Notes under the pieces: model-generated
What the model was told of the DNA's origin: nothing
The model's input: the letters and a program-made list of their open reading frames with translations, nothing else
The model's database searches: none
NCBI GenBank assembly: GCA_910583995.1
Contig: CAJTYW010000001.1
Span: 93,366 to 157,365 of the forward strand
DNA length: 64,000 nt
Source of the DNA: an uncultured Christensenella sp.
Lineage (GTDB): Bacteria > Bacillota > Clostridia > Christensenellales > UBA3700
Direction: 5' to 3'
Shown: piece after piece, positions 21,449 through 30,835 of the stretch
Position numbering within the stretch: position 1 is the first letter of the stretch
How the letters are laid out: each line of letters opens with the position of its first letter
Made by a program: the position numbers and the translations under genes

Positions 21449-22291
21449 ATGGAAAATAACAGTTTATCATTTGATAGTCACGCAAGTTCGCAATTCATAT
21501 TTCATTTAGATGATTTTGACGGACCAATAGAACTTCTTGTCCATTTAGTTAAAATAAATGGACTGGATATTTTTACTTTTAAAATAAGTGATATTACTGA
21601 CCAATATCTTGCAATTGTGGATAGTATAGATATTACAGATTTGGATAGTGCAACAGACTTTTTGGTTATGGCTGCAACTTTGCTTGAAATAAAAGCGCGT
21701 GCATTGTTACCGCGTGAAGTGGAAGAGGAAGAAATTGAAGAAGATGTGCTAAATCCAGACGAAGAACTTAGACGATTAATGATTGAACACGAGTTGTTTA
21801 AAGAAAAAGCTCAATCAATGAAAGAGAATGAAACTTTAAACAGATTTTATAGAGAACCTGTTTTTACTGATAAAGATGCGAGAGTTACAATAAAAGGCTT
21901 TAATCTTGAAAAATTAATGGAAGCTTACGCTAAAGTTTTGTTTAATTTTACTAAAGAAGAAGAGATTGTTGATGTAAAACAAATTCAACGAGACGAGTAT
22001 ACGGTTGCTAGACAATTAAATTTCTTAGTTGACGAATTAATTGATAAAAAACAAATTAGCTTTTTTAGTATATTTGACGAAGTCGTTACAAAATCCGAGA
22101 TTATAAATACATTTTTGGCACTTTTACAGCTTGTAAGTAAACAATTTGCTTGCATAGTGCAGGAAGAAGCCGATGGAGATATAAAAATCGGTATTAATAG
22201 TGATTGCGACCCTGAAACTTTTGACTATACAGTACTTGCAATGGCTAGCAAGGAGGATAACTTTGATGGAAAATCTGACACAAATTCTTGA
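21449..22291 (+). CDS. scpA: Segregation and condensation protein A
   Basis: FDGPIELLVHLVK...DITDQYL kleisin N-terminus and winged-helix C-terminus. Followed by scpB. Confidence 0.9.
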   Translation: MENNSLSFDSHASSQFIFHLDDFDGPIELLVHLVKINGLDIFTFKISDITDQYLAIVDSIDITDLDSATDFLVMAATLLEIKARALLPREVEEEEIEEDVLNPDEELRRLMIEHELFKEKAQSMKENETLNRFYREPVFTDKDARVTIKGFNLEKLMEAYAKVLFNFTKEEEIVDVKQIQRDEYTVARQLNFLVDELIDKKQISFFSIFDEVVTKSEIINTFLALLQLVSKQFACIVQEEADGDIKIGINSDCDPETFDYTVLAMASKEDNFDGKSDTNS

Positions 22292-23012
22292 GGCAATACT
22301 ATTTGCTTCAGGTACGAGCAAAAAAAAATCGGATATTTTAGCACTTTTACCTGATGTAAAAGAATCGCAATTTAATAAAAGTATAGAAGAATTAAAAAAG
22401 AAATATTCAGGCGAAAGTGGCGTTTTATTGCTTGAATTTAATGGAAAACTGCAATTTTCAACCAACACTAATTATGGCGAAATTGTAGCTGAAGTACTTA
22501 CTCCGTTAAAAGAAAAAGAATTATCTAAAACTTTGCTTGAAGTGCTTGCAATTATTGCTTATAAACAACCAATTACAAGACTAGAGCTTGAAAAAATTAA
22601 AACTTCTTCAGCAGATTACGCTATTGGTTTATTGCTAAAAGTTAACCTTATAGAAGTTGTTGGAAGAAAAGATGCTGTCGGTAGACCAGTTTTGTATGGT
22701 ACAACAGACGAATTTTTAAAGAAATTCCAATTATCTGATATATCTGAATTGCCAGATTATCAAGCAGTACTTGATAGACTTGAAGAATTGGGCGTATTCA
22801 ACAAATCACAAGTTCAACTTTATCGTGACATTGAAGTTAGCGACGAAGTTATTGATAATAGTTATGACGATACAAGCGAAAAACAAAGACTTGAAAAGTT
22901 GAAAAACATCGAAAGAGCTTTGGACGATGCAAGTATTATTGAAGATATGTTGAATAGCGAAGAAGAGCTTCCTGACTTTTTGGACGGCGAAGACTATAAT
23001 GTTATTGAATAA
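22266..23012 (+). CDS. scpB: Segregation and condensation protein B
   Basis: MENLTQILEAILFASG... and GRPVLYGTTDEFLKKF motifs. AAGGAGGA precedes ATG 22266. The upstream part of the track ORF (22200) overlaps scpA and lacks an RBS. Confidence 0.9.
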   Translation: MENLTQILEAILFASGTSKKKSDILALLPDVKESQFNKSIEELKKKYSGESGVLLLEFNGKLQFSTNTNYGEIVAEVLTPLKEKELSKTLLEVLAIIAYKQPITRLELEKIKTSSADYAIGLLLKVNLIEVVGRKDAVGRPVLYGTTDEFLKKFQLSDISELPDYQAVLDRLEELGVFNKSQVQLYRDIEVSDEVIDNSYDDTSEKQRLEKLKNIERALDDASIIEDMLNSEEELPDFLDGEDYNVIE

Positions 23013-23085
23013 AAATCAAAATATACATAGTAAATTTTAATAAAATAATTTGCATAAAAAAAATTATATAATACACACTAATGGT

Positions 23086-23601
23086 ATGATTACATTACTT
23101 TTGGTGTGTATTTTTTTTGGTGTAAATGCACGAGCGTATTTGAATATTGATAGAATGCAGTTGGTTGTGGAAATTATTTTACCACTTAATATAAGAGTGA
23201 TTTCTGTAAGGCTAAACTTGCATAACAAAACTTTGTTTTACAATATAAATGGCGGAAAAGTAAGACAAATTGCTATAAAATCAAATAAAAACAAAGCGAA
23301 AAAACAATTTACTAAAATTAGAGTTAATAAAATAAGCTATTCTTTGATTATCGGAAGTAATGACGATTGCTTGAAAGGTTTATATATTGCAAATGTAGTA
23401 GATTATGTGAGTAATTTTATAAAAGTAATATCAAAAAACTATATAGAAATAGATAAGTTAGAAAAATTTATTATACCTAATTTTAAAGATGACGAAACAA
23501 AGTTTGTAATGAACATTATCATTAATAAAGGTATAATTGATATAATTAAAAATTTGTTTGCGAAAAAACAAAAAAATGGCGAGGTAAAATATGCAAATTG
23601 A
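23086..23601 (+). CDS. Hypothetical membrane-anchored protein, possibly DUF2953-type (usual neighbour of ytfJ in sporeformers)
   Basis: N-terminal TM (MITLLLVCIFFGV). Position immediately upstream of, and overlapping, ytfJ. Start uncertain (TTG 23050 / ATG 23086 / ATG 23155). Confidence 0.45.
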   Translation: MITLLLVCIFFGVNARAYLNIDRMQLVVEIILPLNIRVISVRLNLHNKTLFYNINGGKVRQIAIKSNKNKAKKQFTKIRVNKISYSLIIGSNDDCLKGLYIANVVDYVSNFIKVISKNYIEIDKLEKFIIPNFKDDETKFVMNIIINKGIIDIIKNLFAKKQKNGEVKYAN

Positions 23602-23941
23602 TAAATTAATTGACGGAACAATTGAAAATTTAAAAAGTGTTGTTGATAGTAACAATATAGTAGGAAAACCGATTGTTAATGGCGATTTAGTGGTTGTTCC
23701 TATATCAAAGGTTACATTTGGATTTGTAGCAGGTGGCGGTGAATATGGCAGTGTTTATGACCCTGAGCGTGAATTACCACACGCAAATGCAAGTGGTGCG
23801 GGCGTTAATATGATGCCTATCGGATTTTTGGTAAGTGATAAAAATCACGTTAAATTTGTAAGTGTAAATGAGAGCGAAGGAGATAGTAAATGGTCAGATT
23901 TGATTTCAGCAGGATTAAAACTAATAAAAGACAAAAAATGA
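23591..23941 (+). CDS. ytfJ: Sporulation protein YtfJ / GerW family
   Basis: VGKPIVNGDLVVVPISKVTFGFVAGGGEYG...GAGVNMMPIGFLV closely follows the B. subtilis YtfJ pattern. GAGGT RBS. Confidence 0.85.
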   Translation: MQIDKLIDGTIENLKSVVDSNNIVGKPIVNGDLVVVPISKVTFGFVAGGGEYGSVYDPERELPHANASGAGVNMMPIGFLVSDKNHVKFVSVNESEGDSKWSDLISAGLKLIKDKK

Positions 23942-25056
23942 TAGTAGCTTTTACAATTTTGCTTGTTGTAATGCTTGTATCAGCTGTGTTTTGTGCGTTT
24001 ATTAGCAATGCTGCAGCAGCTGAAGAATATGGCTTTAATAACTGCAAAAACGGCAATATAAACACAAATGATATTGAGCAAACTGCAATTGGCACAGGTT
24101 CTTCTTATGCGGTAATGGAAGGCGATAGAAATATTTTGCTTAATTCCCAAAATGCTACAGTAAAACTTCCAATGGCATCAACTACTAAAGTAATGACTGC
24201 GTATATTGCTTGTATTAGTGGCAAATTGAATGAAGTTGTCACTATTCCTAAAAGCGTAGTAGGAGTTGAAGGCTCAAGCATTTATTTAAAAGAAGGCGAG
24301 AAATATAAGCTAATAGATTTAGTTTATGGTTTGATGCTAAGGTCTGGTAACGATGCTGCGGAAGCTATTGCAAGATACTTAGGCGGTAGTATAGAAGGCT
24401 TTGCTAAAATGATGAATGAGCAAGTAAAGCTTATGGGTTTAAAAGGTACAAACTTTGTCAATCCGCACGGATTGCACGACGATAACCATTATACAACTGC
24501 TTATGATTTGGCTTATATAACTTGTGAAGCACTTAAAAATGAAGATTTTGCAAAAGTCTGTGCTACTAAAATTTACAAATTTCAGATAGCAGGTGGTGAA
24601 CATAAGTGTTATATAAATAAAAATAAATTGCTTAATTTGTATGACGATTGTATCGGCGTTAAAACAGGTTATACTAAAAAAGCAGGTAGATGTCTTGTAT
24701 CAGCTGCAAAAAGAAATGGTGTAACAATTGTTAGCGTAGTACTAAATCAATATGATATGTGGAATTTGAGTATGGCAAATTTAAACAAAGGTTTTGATGC
24801 AACACAAGGTGTTCTTTTAGGTAAAGGCGGACAAATGTTTGCAAAAGTAAAAAATCAAGCTGGTCATATATTGAATTTAGGTTTTAAAGACGATATATAT
24901 TTTGCTGCACTTAAAAATGAGAAAGTAAATATAACTTATGAGATAAATTTAAACAAAAATATACCAAATAATCCCGAAAAAGGTGAAATTGTAGGAGAAA
25001 TTAAATTTTTTAATGGTAAACACTTGCTTTTTACTGAAAAAATCTATACTATTTAA
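23938..25056 (+). CDS. dacB: D-alanyl-D-alanine carboxypeptidase (S11 serine peptidase)
   Basis: SxxK (ASTTK), SGN (RSGND), KTG (KTGYT). Signal/anchor helix. ATGA overlap with the ytfJ stop favours ATG 23938. scpAB...dacB...rluB synteny as in Bacillus. Confidence 0.85.
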   Translation: MIVAFTILLVVMLVSAVFCAFISNAAAAEEYGFNNCKNGNINTNDIEQTAIGTGSSYAVMEGDRNILLNSQNATVKLPMASTTKVMTAYIACISGKLNEVVTIPKSVVGVEGSSIYLKEGEKYKLIDLVYGLMLRSGNDAAEAIARYLGGSIEGFAKMMNEQVKLMGLKGTNFVNPHGLHDDNHYTTAYDLAYITCEALKNEDFAKVCATKIYKFQIAGGEHKCYINKNKLLNLYDDCIGVKTGYTKKAGRCLVSAAKRNGVTIVSVVLNQYDMWNLSMANLNKGFDATQGVLLGKGGQMFAKVKNQAGHILNLGFKDDIYFAALKNEKVNITYEINLNKNIPNNPEKGEIVGEIKFFNGKHLLFTEKIYTI

Positions 25057-25150
25057 TTAGAAGCAAATAATAACATATTTATTTGTGGATAGTTTATAGG
25101 TTAAAATTGCCTATTTACTAATTGTAATTTAACAATTTACAGGAGAAAAT

Positions 25151-25870
25151 ATGGCAAGGCTTGAGAGATTAAATAAATATTTAGCAGAGTGTGGTATAGC
25201 ATCAAGGCGTGGTGCTGACCAAGTAATAGTGGACGGAAGAGTTAAAATTAATGGTAAAGTAGTTGACGAGTTAGGGGCAAAAGTAAACATTTATAACGAT
25301 ACTGTTATGGTAGACGATATAATTTGCAAACCTAATAAAAAACTTGTTGTTATTATGTTTAACAAGCCAAAGGGATGTGTAACAACAACAAATGACGAAA
25401 AAGGCAGAAAAACTGTTTTTGATTATATCGATATAACTTCACCAAGACTGTTTCCTATAGGAAGGCTTGACTATGATTCCGAAGGTTTATTATTGCTTAC
25501 AAATGACGGCGAATTAGCAAACAAAATTACTCACCCTAGCTTTGAGATAACAAAAACTTATTTAGTAAAGGTAAAGGGAGAAATGCCAGAGCATAAACTT
25601 GCACAATTGCGTAAGGGTGTAATGGTGGACGGAAGCCTTACAAAACGCTCAAAAGTGAAACTTTTGGAATATAAAGACGGCATTTCAAGAGTAGAAGTAA
25701 CAATAAGCGAAGGTAGAAACAGACAAGTTAGAAAAATGTTTGAAGCAGTTGAGCGAGAAGTTATATTTTTAAAAAGAGTTGCTGTTGGTGATTTAAGACT
25801 TGGTGGATTATCGCGTGGCGGATATAGATATCTTAACGAATATGAAATGGAATATTTGAAAAATTTATAA
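25151..25870 (+). CDS. rluB: Pseudouridine synthase, RsuA/RluB family (S4 domain plus catalytic domain)
   Basis: RLNKYLAECGIASRR S4 motif and GRLDYDSEGLLLLTNDG catalytic Asp motif. Confidence 0.88.
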   Translation: MARLERLNKYLAECGIASRRGADQVIVDGRVKINGKVVDELGAKVNIYNDTVMVDDIICKPNKKLVVIMFNKPKGCVTTTNDEKGRKTVFDYIDITSPRLFPIGRLDYDSEGLLLLTNDGELANKITHPSFEITKTYLVKVKGEMPEHKLAQLRKGVMVDGSLTKRSKVKLLEYKDGISRVEVTISEGRNRQVRKMFEAVEREVIFLKRVAVGDLRLGGLSRGGYRYLNEYEMEYLKNL

Positions 25871-25872
25871 AA

Positions 25873-25901
25873 TAAAGCGGTTATTTAACCGCTTTATTTT
25901 T
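25873..25901 (+). terminator. Intrinsic terminator after rluB
   Basis: aaagcgg/ccgcttt stem followed by ATTTTT. Confidence 0.65.
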
Positions 25902-26239
25902 AATAGAGCTAAAAACATATATTTAAATTATCTATAATTTGTAAATATAATAGCTAATTTAGAAGAATTTTTTCAATAATTTTTAAATAAAAAATGCGAC
26001 ATCAATTGTATTGCATTTTTTTAATGCTCAAATGATATGAATGAAAACTATGGTTTTGCTTTAATAATTACAGCAAATTTATGCGTGAAAACAATATTAA
26101 TGTAATAAAATAGCAATAATTTTTTAAATAATAGAATAAAAAAATAATATGTTTAATGTATATTTAGAACAGAAAGTTTGGTTATTTAAATTAAAAAGTT
26201 GTCAAATTTAACATTTATTTCGTCAAAACCTGATTTATG

Positions 26240-26268
26240 TTGACATTATGTGTCAAAATTGTTATACT
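26240..26268 (+). promoter_or_regulatory. SigmaA-type promoter of the MBOAT operon
   Basis: TTGACA, 17 nt spacer, TGtTATACT. Confidence 0.55.
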
Positions 26269-26274
26269 AATTGT

Positions 26275-26315
26275 ACAAAATGTTCATCAAACATATTATT
26301 TGAAGAACATTTTGT
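26275..26315 (+). promoter_or_regulatory. 11-bp inverted repeat at the predicted transcript start (operator or 5' stem-loop)
   Basis: acaaaatgttc (26275-26285) and gaacattttgt (26305-26315) are perfect complements separated by 19 nt. Confidence 0.4.
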
Positions 26316-26390
26316 AATAAAAATTTGATTTATATTTAGCGTTGTAATTAAAGTTATAAAAATGATTGCAATTATTTTAGGGGGTAGGTA

Positions 26391-27959
26391 ATGGTTTTTA
26401 GTTCCTTAACTTTTTTATGGATTTTTTTACCTTGTGTTTTATTGATTAACTATTTGTTTTCATTTATAAAAAATCAAAGAATTAAAATTATTTGTAAAAA
26501 TGCCAATTTGCTTATCGCAAGTATAGTTTTTTATGCTTGGGGTGGTATTTGGTATGTATTTGTTATGATTGCTTCAATTACAGGTAATTATTTATTTGCA
26601 CTTTTAATAAATCATTATAAAGCTAAAGAAAAATTAGAAATCCAAGCAATTGAGCCACCACCTTATGAAAATAATGATGATATAAACTATGAAAATATCG
26701 TTTTTTCAAGTGAAAATGTAGCAAGTATTTCTGTAACAACATCTTCTTCAAAGAAAATTTCTAGTAAAACTTCAAAAAAAATTGCATTTGTATTTTGTTT
26801 GCTGTTTAATTTAGGACTATTATTTTACTTTAAATATACTAACTTTTTTATTGGAATAATTGAAAGTATCGCAAGAGCTGATTTTGGGCTTAAGGAAGTA
26901 ATTTTGCCAATCGGTATTTCGTTTTTTACATTTCAAGCAATGTCTTATGTAATTGATGTATATTTGGGTAAAGTTGAGTGTCAAAAGAACTTTTTTACAT
27001 TAGCACTTTATATTTCACTTTTTCCGCAGCTAGTTGCTGGACCTATTGTTAAATATTCTGATGTTGAGCTACAATTAAAAAACCGCGAAGAAAGTGTTGA
27101 TAAATTTGTCATCGGTATAAAAAGATTCTTGTATGGATTAGCAAAGAAAGTAATTATTGCAAATGTTGTTGGTGAAGTAGCGGAAAAAATTTTTTCCACA
27201 TCAATTGCAGAAATGGGTACTGCTATGGCTTGGATAGGTATAATTTGTTATACCATTCAAATTTATTTTGATTTTAGTGGATATTCTGATATGGCAATCG
27301 GATTAGGTAAAATGCTTGGCTTTGACTTTTTGGAAAACTTCAATTATCCATATATGTCAACATCAATAAAAGGATTTTGGAGAAGGTGGCATATTTCGTT
27401 ATCATCTTGGTTTAAGGAATATGTTTATATACCACTTGGCGGTAACAGAAAAGGTAAGATAAGAACATATATCAATCTATTTATAGTATTTTTGCTTACA
27501 GGTATATGGCACGGAGCAAATTATACATTCATTTTGTGGGGCGTTTTTTACGGAGTATTTTTAGTCATTGAAAGATTATTTTTGGGTAAATGGCTAGATA
27601 AAAATAAAATAAAACCATTGAATTGGCTTTATACAATGTTTGTAGTAGTGCTTTTATGGGTATTCTTCCGTGCACCAGATGTAAATTATGCTTTTTCATA
27701 TATTGGTAAAATGTTTGATTTTTCTAAAAGCGAAATGAGTGTGTTTTATTGTGTGAATTTGTGGCAATGGATTATACTTTTTGTTGGAATTTTGTTATGC
27801 GGACCTATGCAAACTCTATTTAAAAAGGTATATCAAAAAGTTAAAGACAAAACTTGGGTTTTCTGGGTTGATTATATTATACAATTTGCTTTGTATGGAC
27901 TTTGCATTTTGCTATTGATAAATAATTCATTTAATCCGTTTATTTATTTTCAGTTTTAA
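26391..27959 (+). CDS. MBOAT-family membrane O-acyltransferase (AlgI/DltB/PatA-like)
   Basis: Polytopic. FWRRWHISLSSWFKEYVYIPLGGNR and conserved His in GIWHGANY. 522 aa with a low-complexity insert after the second or third TM. Confidence 0.88.
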   Translation: MVFSSLTFLWIFLPCVLLINYLFSFIKNQRIKIICKNANLLIASIVFYAWGGIWYVFVMIASITGNYLFALLINHYKAKEKLEIQAIEPPPYENNDDINYENIVFSSENVASISVTTSSSKKISSKTSKKIAFVFCLLFNLGLLFYFKYTNFFIGIIESIARADFGLKEVILPIGISFFTFQAMSYVIDVYLGKVECQKNFFTLALYISLFPQLVAGPIVKYSDVELQLKNREESVDKFVIGIKRFLYGLAKKVIIANVVGEVAEKIFSTSIAEMGTAMAWIGIICYTIQIYFDFSGYSDMAIGLGKMLGFDFLENFNYPYMSTSIKGFWRRWHISLSSWFKEYVYIPLGGNRKGKIRTYINLFIVFLLTGIWHGANYTFILWGVFYGVFLVIERLFLGKWLDKNKIKPLNWLYTMFVVVLLWVFFRAPDVNYAFSYIGKMFDFSKSEMSVFYCVNLWQWIILFVGILLCGPMQTLFKKVYQKVKDKTWVFWVDYIIQFALYGLCILLLINNSFNPFIYFQF

Positions 27960-27977
27960 AAATAGGAGAGCAGCTAT

Positions 27978-29123
27978 ATGAAAAAAAAGATAGCAATTAT
28001 TGTTATATTTGTGTTTTCACTTGTGTTTTCAATCATTGGATGGCCACTACTTGCAAAAATAGATAGTAAAGTTAACCTTGATGAAAATAGAAACCCAACA
28101 CCATTCCCTGAATTTAATAATGAGTTCTTTTTAAATTTTGATAATTATTTTATTGACAGAGTTCCAATAAGAAAATCATCAATTAAAAATATGACAAATA
28201 TTGAACTTGCATTAAATAAACTATACAATAAAATTCTTTTATCATTGAATATTGACGATTATTATATTACTCAAAATCAAGTAGTTTTTGGAGAAAATGA
28301 TTGGTTGTTTTATACAGGTGATAATAGCATTGAGCATTATAAAGGGACTAATTTACCTAGTCAAGAGGAACTTGATGTTTATTTAAATAGAGTACAAAAG
28401 GTTGGTAATTATTTTGAATCAATTGGAAAAGAATTTGTGATTTATGTTGCACCTAATAAAGAGCGAATGTATGCTGAAAATATGCCAAAAGGAATTAAAG
28501 TAGTTAGTGAAACAAAACGAATTGATTTAATTAAGCAACACATAGACCAAAATAGTAATGTAAAAATGGTATATCCATATTTAGAATTGACAGAGCAAAA
28601 AAATATAGAGCAGCAATTGTATTATAAATGGGATACACATTGGAATAAATTGGGTGCTTATTATGCTTTTTGCGAATTATATAGTGCGATTGGTGGAGAG
28701 GCAGCTCCAATATCGTATGAATGTAAAAATATTTTTGCTGATAGAGATTTGCAATTAATGATTGCAAAAGAAAAAGGTGAAGATTTAGAATACTTTACAA
28801 ATTATAGACCAGAAATAAGTTGTCAAATTTCTCTTGATGGTAGTAAATATATATCTAAAAGCAATAATCCAAATGGTAAAAAATTGCTGTTATTCGGTGA
28901 TTCATTTAGGATTGTTGGTACTCTTGATTACCTTTCTAAAGAATTTACGGATTGTATAATGGCGGATAGGTTGCTTGATATCCATTCTTTTTTAAGCGGT
29001 CAATGGGGAGTTGGTTTTGAAGAATATGATGTTATCGTTTTGGAATGTGTTGAAAGATTTCAAAATGACATATTTGGTGATGAAGGTACATTACAAAAAA
29101 TCATAAATGAACTAGGTTTATAA
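27978..29123 (+). CDS. AlgX/AlgJ-like (DHHW-type) SGNH-fold O-acetyltransferase, membrane anchored
   Basis: N-terminal anchor, YYKWDTHWN motif (D-x-H-W), later FGDSF. Standard partner gene downstream of an MBOAT. Confidence 0.75.
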   Translation: MKKKIAIIVIFVFSLVFSIIGWPLLAKIDSKVNLDENRNPTPFPEFNNEFFLNFDNYFIDRVPIRKSSIKNMTNIELALNKLYNKILLSLNIDDYYITQNQVVFGENDWLFYTGDNSIEHYKGTNLPSQEELDVYLNRVQKVGNYFESIGKEFVIYVAPNKERMYAENMPKGIKVVSETKRIDLIKQHIDQNSNVKMVYPYLELTEQKNIEQQLYYKWDTHWNKLGAYYAFCELYSAIGGEAAPISYECKNIFADRDLQLMIAKEKGEDLEYFTNYRPEISCQISLDGSKYISKSNNPNGKKLLLFGDSFRIVGTLDYLSKEFTDCIMADRLLDIHSFLSGQWGVGFEEYDVIVLECVERFQNDIFGDEGTLQKIINELGL

Positions 29124-29135
29124 AATTAATAAATA

Positions 29136-29160
29136 ATAGCCACCATTTAAGGGTGGCTAT
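29136..29160. terminator. Bidirectional terminator shared by convergent genes
   Basis: atagccacc/ggtggctat stem, loop atttaag, flanked by A/T runs. The minus-strand stop codon lies at 29166-29164. Confidence 0.7.
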
Positions 29161-29163
29161 TAT

Positions 29164-30663
29164 TTATTTTAAATGATAATTTTTTATTTTAAATAATAAT
29201 GCATAAATTACTACAGATAGTGGAAGAAGTACTAATGAGCAGGTAGGAATGACCAAAGCAGGTACATATTCCAAAGGATTTGTAATGTTTATTCCAACTA
29301 TAAAGAAGGAAATTATCAATATCAATACTAAAAATCCTATCATTAAAATAATTGCAGATAATAGTGCATTATTGAGTGTAAGATTATTACGCTTTTTTCT
29401 TAGTGGAGATTTGCTCCAAATAACAGTACAAGAAATTGGAAGTATTAGTCCAAACATTGCAAATCCTAATGACCAAGACCATTGTACACCGGCATTTTTA
29501 CCGCTTAGATATGATATCAAAATAAACAATAAGTATACAGCATAAGCTATCCAAGACCAGTCACGCAATAATTTGTTTGAGTAAAAGAATTTGCCTGAAT
29601 AGTAGGTAATAGTGTTTGATTTTTGATAACGTCTTAATTTGATATTTTTGCTCTCAAGTGCTTGCTGTAAATCGTTCATAGTCATTTCGTCGTCATAATC
29701 GTCAATAATGTTAGTATGAGTGATTTTATTTTCCTGTTTATTTATACTAGAATTTTCTGTTAAAACTTGTTCAATCAAGCCGATATAATCAATATTATTA
29801 TCAATATAATCGTTGTGATTAATAGCAGGCTCATCTTTTTGTACACTAGTGCTATAATTTGATTTATCAGTGTAGTAGTAATCGTCTTCTGTAAACTGAG
29901 TGCTACTTACGTGATAATTGTTATATTCTTCAGTAAGTTCATAATCATTGTTATCTATACTGCTAGCGGCTATTTCTTCAGTATACTCAGTTGTAGCGTA
30001 ATCTTCTGCTTCTGTTGAGTCGCAAGTTGTACTATCGCTAGTATCATTTTTAGAAAGTACTCCGTCCTTAATTATATAACTATCAGAATTTGGCGTGTTG
30101 TTAGTTGTTGGAGCATAAACAGTAACATTTTCATTACTTTTTACTGGCTCTTCGGTAGCTATTGAAGGTGAGTAGTTTTCAATTCTATCGCCAGTACTTC
30201 TGTCAATATAAATTGGTTTTTCAACTTCAACATATTTAATAACAACTTTTTCTTCAGTTTCTTTTTTAGTACGCTTAGTAAGCGGCCTAAAATCTGCAGG
30301 TTCAAAAGGTTTTTCTGCATCTTTATCAAATACTTTATCAGACAATAATTTATCAATAATAGTTCTTGCAAATTCCCATTGATTTTGGTCAGCTTCCAAA
30401 AAAGCTCGTCCATCATCTGTAAGTCTGTAATATGTACGATTTGCACCTTTTGTTTCTTCACCTGGGTAAGAAAGTATTAGTCCTTGTGATTCTAATCTTT
30501 TTAAACTGCTATAAAGGGTAGGTTGTTTTACGGTATATAAATCGTCACTAAGACTTTTGATTTCGTTTAATATCTCTAAGCCATATTTATCGTCATTTTG
30601 CAATGTTCTCAAAATAATGGTATCCATATGACTTCTTATTAAATCAATATTAGCATTATCCAT
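29164..30663 (-). CDS. Membrane-anchored PadR-family transcriptional regulator
   Basis: N-terminal PadR winged helix (DTIILRTLQNDDKYGLEILNEI...SLKRLESQGLI...RTYYRLTDDG), ~250 aa D/N/T/Y/E-rich linker, four C-terminal hydrophobic helices. Confidence 0.75.
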   Translation of the reverse strand: MDNANIDLIRSHMDTIILRTLQNDDKYGLEILNEIKSLSDDLYTVKQPTLYSSLKRLESQGLILSYPGEETKGANRTYYRLTDDGRAFLEADQNQWEFARTIIDKLLSDKVFDKDAEKPFEPADFRPLTKRTKKETEEKVVIKYVEVEKPIYIDRSTGDRIENYSPSIATEEPVKSNENVTVYAPTTNNTPNSDSYIIKDGVLSKNDTSDSTTCDSTEAEDYATTEYTEEIAASSIDNNDYELTEEYNNYHVSSTQFTEDDYYYTDKSNYSTSVQKDEPAINHNDYIDNNIDYIGLIEQVLTENSSINKQENKITHTNIIDDYDDEMTMNDLQQALESKNIKLRRYQKSNTITYYSGKFFYSNKLLRDWSWIAYAVYLLFILISYLSGKNAGVQWSWSLGFAMFGLILPISCTVIWSKSPLRKKRNNLTLNNALLSAIILMIGFLVLILIISFFIVGINITNPLEYVPALVIPTCSLVLLPLSVVIYALLFKIKNYHLK

Positions 30664-30806
30664 AAAAACCTCCTTAAATGTATTTTTTAATTTTTAAGCA
30701 TTTATAATTTTCCTGTATATAATTAGGCAAGTAAAATTTATTTATCTAAATCTAATATAGTACTTAAAATAAAAAGAATATTATAAATAACTTATTTTAC
30801 TTTTTT

Positions 30807-30835
30807 ATTATAATATAATTAAGTAAAAATGTCAA
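30807..30835 (-). promoter_or_regulatory. Consensus sigmaA promoter of the PadR-like gene
   Basis: Minus strand: TTGACA (30835-30830), 17 nt spacer, TATAAT (30812-30807). Implies a 5' UTR of about 135 nt. Confidence 0.6.

Noticed and set aside
22200-22265. Longer N-terminal extensions suggested by the ORF track: scpB 22200, smc 12465, CDF 1654, miaB 41293, glucan synthase 51021, PNPOx-like 53966, zinc-ribbon 56800, XRE 56836, ATP-grasp 59846, dacB 23890.
   Set aside because: In each case a downstream in-frame start is preceded by a GGAGG-like RBS at proper spacing and matches the conserved family N-terminus. The extension overlaps a neighbouring gene or a promoter.
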